A DNA stretch of 32,000 nucleotides. It comes from Candidatus Nitrosopumilus koreensis AR1 (lineage in GTDB: Archaea > Thermoproteota > Nitrososphaeria > Nitrososphaerales > Nitrosopumilaceae). A program made the translations under genes and the position numbers. The notes beneath the pieces were generated by a model. It was given only the letters and a program-made list of their open reading frames with translations. It did no database searches and was not told where the DNA came from. Where the stretch lies: positions 870,001-902,000 of the forward strand of contig NC_018655.1 of the NCBI RefSeq assembly GCF_000299365.1. The letters are read 5' to 3'. This document shows, in pieces, positions 27,829 through 32,000 of the stretch. Numbering within the stretch: the first letter of the stretch is position 1; every line of letters starts with the position of its first letter.

Positions 27829-28749
27829 TCACTTTAACATTGATTTTGTAATTTTATCTCCTGCATCAAATGGGTCTATATCTTTTGATTGTAATTTTTT
27901 CAAATACTTTGAAAATGTTTTATCAGAATCTAACATGTCATCAATCTTTTCACGTATGTTATTTAAAACAATATCTTTTAGTTCTTCCTCTAATCGTTCA
28001 ATGTCCTTTTCTTTCTTTGATTTCTTTTTTAATGCCATCATATTTTTGAGGGTTTTTGCAAATTCAGTGATTCCAGTATTCTTTTTTACAGAAGTTTTTA
28101 AAATTGAAGGGTTTCGGTCAGAATCACCAATAAAATCACGTACCGCATCAAACAACTGATTTGTTCCACTCAAATCACTCTTGTTTACTAGATAGATATC
28201 CCCAATTTCAGTAAGACCAGCTTTGATTGTTTGTATGCTGTCTCCCGTATTTGGATTAAAGACTACAACAGTGATATCTGCAATATTGGATATTTCAACT
28301 TCAGTTTGTCCAGCTCCCACACTTTCAATAATAATTGGATCAAACCCTGCATACTCTAAAACACGAATACTATTTCGTAGTGAGCGAGACACTGCACCAG
28401 TTGCACCACGAGACGCAATGCTGCGAATATAAGTTCCTGAATCAGTAGATTCGGTCATTCTAACTCTATCACCTAAAATTGCTCCACCAGTAACATGACT
28501 AGTAGGGTCAACTGCCAAAACTGCAGGTTTTGTACCTAGTTTTTTCAATGCGCCTACAGTCTTGTTAATTAGTGAACTTTTTCCAGCTCCTGCAGGTCCA
28601 GTAATTCCGATAATTATTGATGTCCCAGTATTTTTAAAAATTTTCTTTAAGAGTTTTTTTGATTCTTTTTGATCATTTTCGACCATAGTGATTGCTTTTG
28701 CAATAGCACCACGTTTTCCTTTTTTTAAATCAACAAGCAAATCCAACAT
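27829..28749 (-). CDS. MeaB/ArgK-like G3E P-loop GTPase, methylmalonyl-CoA mutase-associated
   Basis: 306 aa: GITGPAGAGKSSLIN, AVLAVDPTS, GAILGDRVRM, DPIIIESVGAGQTEVEI, VNKSD. Confidence 0.93.
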   Translation of the reverse strand: MLDLLVDLKKGKRGAIAKAITMVENDQKESKKLLKKIFKNTGTSIIIGITGPAGAGKSSLINKTVGALKKLGTKPAVLAVDPTSHVTGGAILGDRVRMTESTDSGTYIRSIASRGATGAVSRSLRNSIRVLEYAGFDPIIIESVGAGQTEVEISNIADITVVVFNPNTGDSIQTIKAGLTEIGDIYLVNKSDLSGTNQLFDAVRDFIGDSDRNPSILKTSVKKNTGITEFAKTLKNMMALKKKSKKEKDIERLEEELKDIVLNNIREKIDDMLDSDKTFSKYLKKLQSKDIDPFDAGDKITKSMLK

Positions 28750-28789
28750 AAAGTAGTCTTTAGAGGTGCAATAAAATCTTGTATCCGAT

Positions 28790-29197
28790 CTAAGGTCTTG
28801 AATAAATCACAGGAGGAACAGGTTCACCTAATGGATGGATTTCAGTTTTTAGTTGAATATGACCCATTTCTGAATGTTCTATCTCCAACACAATTGGATG
28901 AATTGCCCAACCATATTTTGGTTCGTTTGAAAATGGAATAATTTCAATGAATTGTGAATCAGAAAATGTTTTTTGAAATGTTTCATCCATTCCGAGGATT
29001 TCCATTACAACAGAAGTGGTTTTTTCAGATTTATCTAAAAATGCAATTTCAACATGACCTGTGTCATAATAAACTGCATCTACTTGAAATGTTTGGCGAA
29101 GAATTTCCTTATCATCAGTTCCTCCACCAGTAAGAAAGACTAAAGCAAAAATAGTTAATATTCCAAGAGAGATTGCAGGAACAATTTTTCTTGCCAT
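28790..29197 (-). CDS. Membrane-anchored hypothetical protein
   Basis: MARKIVPAISLGILTIFALVFLTGGGTDDKE... start at 29197 gives an N-terminal TM or signal. The track start at 29338 would overlap the aminopeptidase gene. Confidence 0.65.
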   Translation of the reverse strand: MARKIVPAISLGILTIFALVFLTGGGTDDKEILRQTFQVDAVYYDTGHVEIAFLDKSEKTTSVVMEILGMDETFQKTFSDSQFIEIIPFSNEPKYGWAIHPIVLEIEHSEMGHIQLKTEIHPLGEPVPPVIYSRP

Positions 29198-29198
29198 G

Positions 29199-31691
29199 TT
29201 ATTTGAATTCTTTTCTAATCTGACGTAAGAATTTTGAGTGAATTCTAATTTTTTCAATTGTCTGGGCTTGAGTTCTTTCAGTTCCAGGAGTAGGATGAGA
29301 TTTGAAAAATGATTTAATGTCTTTTTCCATAGTGTCATCTGCCACTAGTGCAATACTAGCTACAATGCGATTAAACAAAGGATTTCCGTGTCCAACTTTT
29401 TTGCTCAACTTGTCCCAATTCTTCTTTAGCCAAGGCCACAAAATCTTTTTTCCATAAGGGTTTGCTGCAATTTTCATGATAGGTAATTGCATGTTTTGAG
29501 AGCGAACCTCAGAAGTTTGAGAGAATTGTAAGGTTTTGATTAATAATTTTTCATTTTGGAAGTTACACATTGCACCTAAGAATCGTAATTTTTCTTCAGT
29601 TGTTTTTGCTTTTTTGTATAATGAAATTAGTTGGGAATGAGTCTTTGCATTTCCAGTCCATGCTACAAGTGAAAATATTGGTTCTCGAATATCAGGATGA
29701 AGTGAGGAAGGTTTTTTCAAAAATTCTTTGAATTTAATTTGTGCTTGTTCAAGTATATTTTCATCACCAAGTTTACCTAATACAAAGATTGCAAAGCCTC
29801 TTAGAAATGCATCAGTGTGTTTGTCTGTCTTTTGTGGAGTCCAACCAAGATTTGATAAAATTTTTCTAAAGTAGTTAATTGTGTAACTGTGAATTTGTTC
29901 TGCATAATCTTCAAAGAAAGTCAATGATGATAAAGAGTTGAGGTTATTTGCAACATTTGTTTGCGGAAGATACGAATCTTCATCAAAATATGCATCTGAG
30001 AAATCTAAATAGTTTTCAACATCTTCTTTTCCTGCAACACACATTGCAAACAAGTCATTTTGTATCGCCCATCTATCTACAGGAGGGATTTGTTTTTGGT
30101 CTACCAACATCTTAAGATCAAGCAAGATACCATCATCATATTTTACACGATAAAATCCAGTACGTCCAATGTTTGCAACAAATCCAGGTCCTTTAGGTGA
30201 TTTTACAGTAATGGATTTCTTTGTTATGAGTTTAGTCTTTGTTTCTTTTCCTAAACCATAAGTTAACGGAACATGCCACAATCCTTTTTGAGTTTTCTTT
30301 GTAGGTTCCATCAAAAAGCGATTTTGTTTTATTACTAAGTCATTATTCTTTTGAGATATGTCAATCTGAGGAAATCCGGGCTGTTTTAGCCATGAATTTA
30401 CCATTGTGCTGACAGGCATTTTTGATGCTTTGCCAATTGCATTCCACAAATCTTGTCCTTTTGCATTTTCATACTTGAATGTAGAGAGATATTTTTTGAG
30501 ACCTGCCCTGAAATTGGCTTCGCCAACATAATTTTCAAGCATTCGCAAAATACAACCCCCCTTATCATATGATATCGCATCAAATATTTCTCGAATCTCA
30601 GCAGGAGAGTTTACTTTAACATCAATTGGATGAGTGGTCTTTAATGCATCTAGACCCATTGCAGTGTTCATCGCATCTTCAATGAATTGATCCCAAAGAT
30701 TCCATTCAGGATAAAACTTGTCAACAAATTTGGTCGCCATAAATGTTGCAAAGCTTTCATTTAGCCACAAATCATTCCACCATTTCATAGTAACAAGATT
30801 ACCAAACCATTGATGAGCAATTTCATGGGAAATTACTTCAGCAATGAACTGTTTTGTTCTAGTAGATGATGTTTTAGGATCATAAAGTAAGATTGTTTCT
30901 CTAAATGTTATTGCACCCCAATTCTCCATTGCTCCTGCCGCAAAATCAGGAATTGCAATCAAATCGAGTTTTGGTAACGGGTATTTTATTCCAAAGTATT
31001 TTTCATAAGATAAAAGTAACTTTTTTCCAAGTTCTAAAGAATATTTACCCTTTGATTTGTTTCCTTTTGTAGTTACAACTCTAATCTGAACTTTTCCAGT
31101 TTTTCCAATCAGGTATTCAAATTCACCCACACCAAGGTAAATCAAATAAGTTGACATAACAGGTGTTTTTTCAAATTGGTATAGTGTTTTATTTTTAAGT
31201 TTTTTCTTTGATTGAACTGGCATGTTTGATATCGCCGTAAACTTGTTATCAGCAATGATTGAGATTTCAAAGGTAGCCTTTGCTTCAGGTTCATCCCAAC
31301 ACGGGAATGCACGTCTTGCATCAGCTGCCTCAAACTGGGTAGTTGCAAGATATTTTGTTGTGTTACCTTGTTTGTATTGGCTGCGATAAAATCCCAATAA
31401 CCTGTCATTTAGAATTCCTTGAAATTCAAGATGAATTGTTGCTTCACCCTTAATTTTTTCTCCTAGTTTAATGGATAGACGTTCTTTCTTCTCATCAGTT
31501 TTTGGAGTGGATGTTATGATTTTTGAACCAAATTTCACAGTACAGGATTTTATTTTGATTTCTGCACAATCCATAGAAATAAGATTTGTTGGTTTTTTAC
31601 ACGAGACAGTAATGATTTCTGTTCCCAAGAAAATGAATTTTTTAAGATCTGGCTCAAATGTTAACTCATAATTTATGGGATTAACGTCCAC
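29199..31691 (-). CDS. M1 family zinc metallo-aminopeptidase (tricorn-interacting-factor-like)
   Basis: 830 aa: GAMENWGAITFRE and HEIAHQWFGNLVTMKWWNDLWLNESFA zinc-binding motif. Confidence 0.96.
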   Translation of the reverse strand: MDVNPINYELTFEPDLKKFIFLGTEIITVSCKKPTNLISMDCAEIKIKSCTVKFGSKIITSTPKTDEKKERLSIKLGEKIKGEATIHLEFQGILNDRLLGFYRSQYKQGNTTKYLATTQFEAADARRAFPCWDEPEAKATFEISIIADNKFTAISNMPVQSKKKLKNKTLYQFEKTPVMSTYLIYLGVGEFEYLIGKTGKVQIRVVTTKGNKSKGKYSLELGKKLLLSYEKYFGIKYPLPKLDLIAIPDFAAGAMENWGAITFRETILLYDPKTSSTRTKQFIAEVISHEIAHQWFGNLVTMKWWNDLWLNESFATFMATKFVDKFYPEWNLWDQFIEDAMNTAMGLDALKTTHPIDVKVNSPAEIREIFDAISYDKGGCILRMLENYVGEANFRAGLKKYLSTFKYENAKGQDLWNAIGKASKMPVSTMVNSWLKQPGFPQIDISQKNNDLVIKQNRFLMEPTKKTQKGLWHVPLTYGLGKETKTKLITKKSITVKSPKGPGFVANIGRTGFYRVKYDDGILLDLKMLVDQKQIPPVDRWAIQNDLFAMCVAGKEDVENYLDFSDAYFDEDSYLPQTNVANNLNSLSSLTFFEDYAEQIHSYTINYFRKILSNLGWTPQKTDKHTDAFLRGFAIFVLGKLGDENILEQAQIKFKEFLKKPSSLHPDIREPIFSLVAWTGNAKTHSQLISLYKKAKTTEEKLRFLGAMCNFQNEKLLIKTLQFSQTSEVRSQNMQLPIMKIAANPYGKKILWPWLKKNWDKLSKKVGHGNPLFNRIVASIALVADDTMEKDIKSFFKSHPTPGTERTQAQTIEKIRIHSKFLRQIRKEFK

Positions 31692-31792
31692 GATTCAGGT
31701 GATTTTGATACTCTTTAAGTAGATTTTCTATTAAAATGTAAATCAGAAAATCAAATAAAGCCTTTAAAATATACAAAATATCGAATAGTATC

Positions 31793-32000
31793 ATGAAGCA
31801 AAAGGCACAAACAAGAAACATCAAGATTCTAGTTGCAAAATTAGGCCTTGATGGACATGATAGAGGAGCACTTGTTTTGTGTAGAGCATTTAGAGATGCA
31901 GGAATGGAAGTAATCTATTCAGGACTATTTGCAACACCAGAGCGAGTAGCACAGATTGCAGAAGACGAAGATGTTGATGCAATTGCAATGAGTTTGCTAA
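31793..32000 (+). CDS. Methylmalonyl-CoA mutase B12-binding (small) subunit, truncated at the right edge
   Basis: Manual translation from ATG 31793: [69 protein letters not shown], with the cobalamin-binding DGHDRG motif. Confidence 0.93.
   Translation, partial: MKQKAQTRNIKILVAKLGLDGHDRGALVLCRAFRDAGMEVIYSGLFATPERVAQIAEDEDVDAIAMSLL

Noticed and set aside
1-32000. CRISPR arrays, transposons, prophage or integrase genes
   Set aside because: No regularly spaced direct repeats and no recombinase, transposase or phage structural proteins were seen in any frame.

Overview
The window looks like marine Thaumarchaeota (Nitrososphaerota, Nitrosopumilus-like) chromosome: low GC, dense gene packing, and 3-hydroxypropionate/4-hydroxybutyrate-cycle genes. 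The left third is dominated by a divergent archaellum / type IV pilus-like locus (about 1.7-13.0 kb). One arm is a minus-strand run encoding a 384-aa zinc-ribbon protein, four proteins with class III (prepilin/archaellin-type) signal sequences, and a 911-aa Ig-like membrane-anchored surface protein. The plus-strand arm encodes a FlaI/GspE-like secretion ATPase and two consecutive T2SF (FlaJ/TadB/TadC-like) membrane proteins, followed by a TrmB-family regulator. Two genes of this locus show apparent frame disruptions at homopolymer runs: a T6 in a large pilin-like gene, and an A8 just after the natural start of the first T2SF gene. These are assembly errors, phase-variable tracts or recoding sites. 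The rest is mostly housekeeping: parvulin PPIase, Hef/FANCM-like helicase, dCMP deaminase, family B DNA polymerase with a C-terminal PIP-box-like motif, SemiSWEET-like protein, triosephosphate isomerase, PPDK, XRE-CBS regulator, methylmalonyl-CoA epimerase, mutase large subunit, MeaB-like GTPase, M1 aminopeptidase, and the truncated B12-binding mutase subunit. I found no CRISPR array, rRNA or transposase, and recognised no tRNA by eye.
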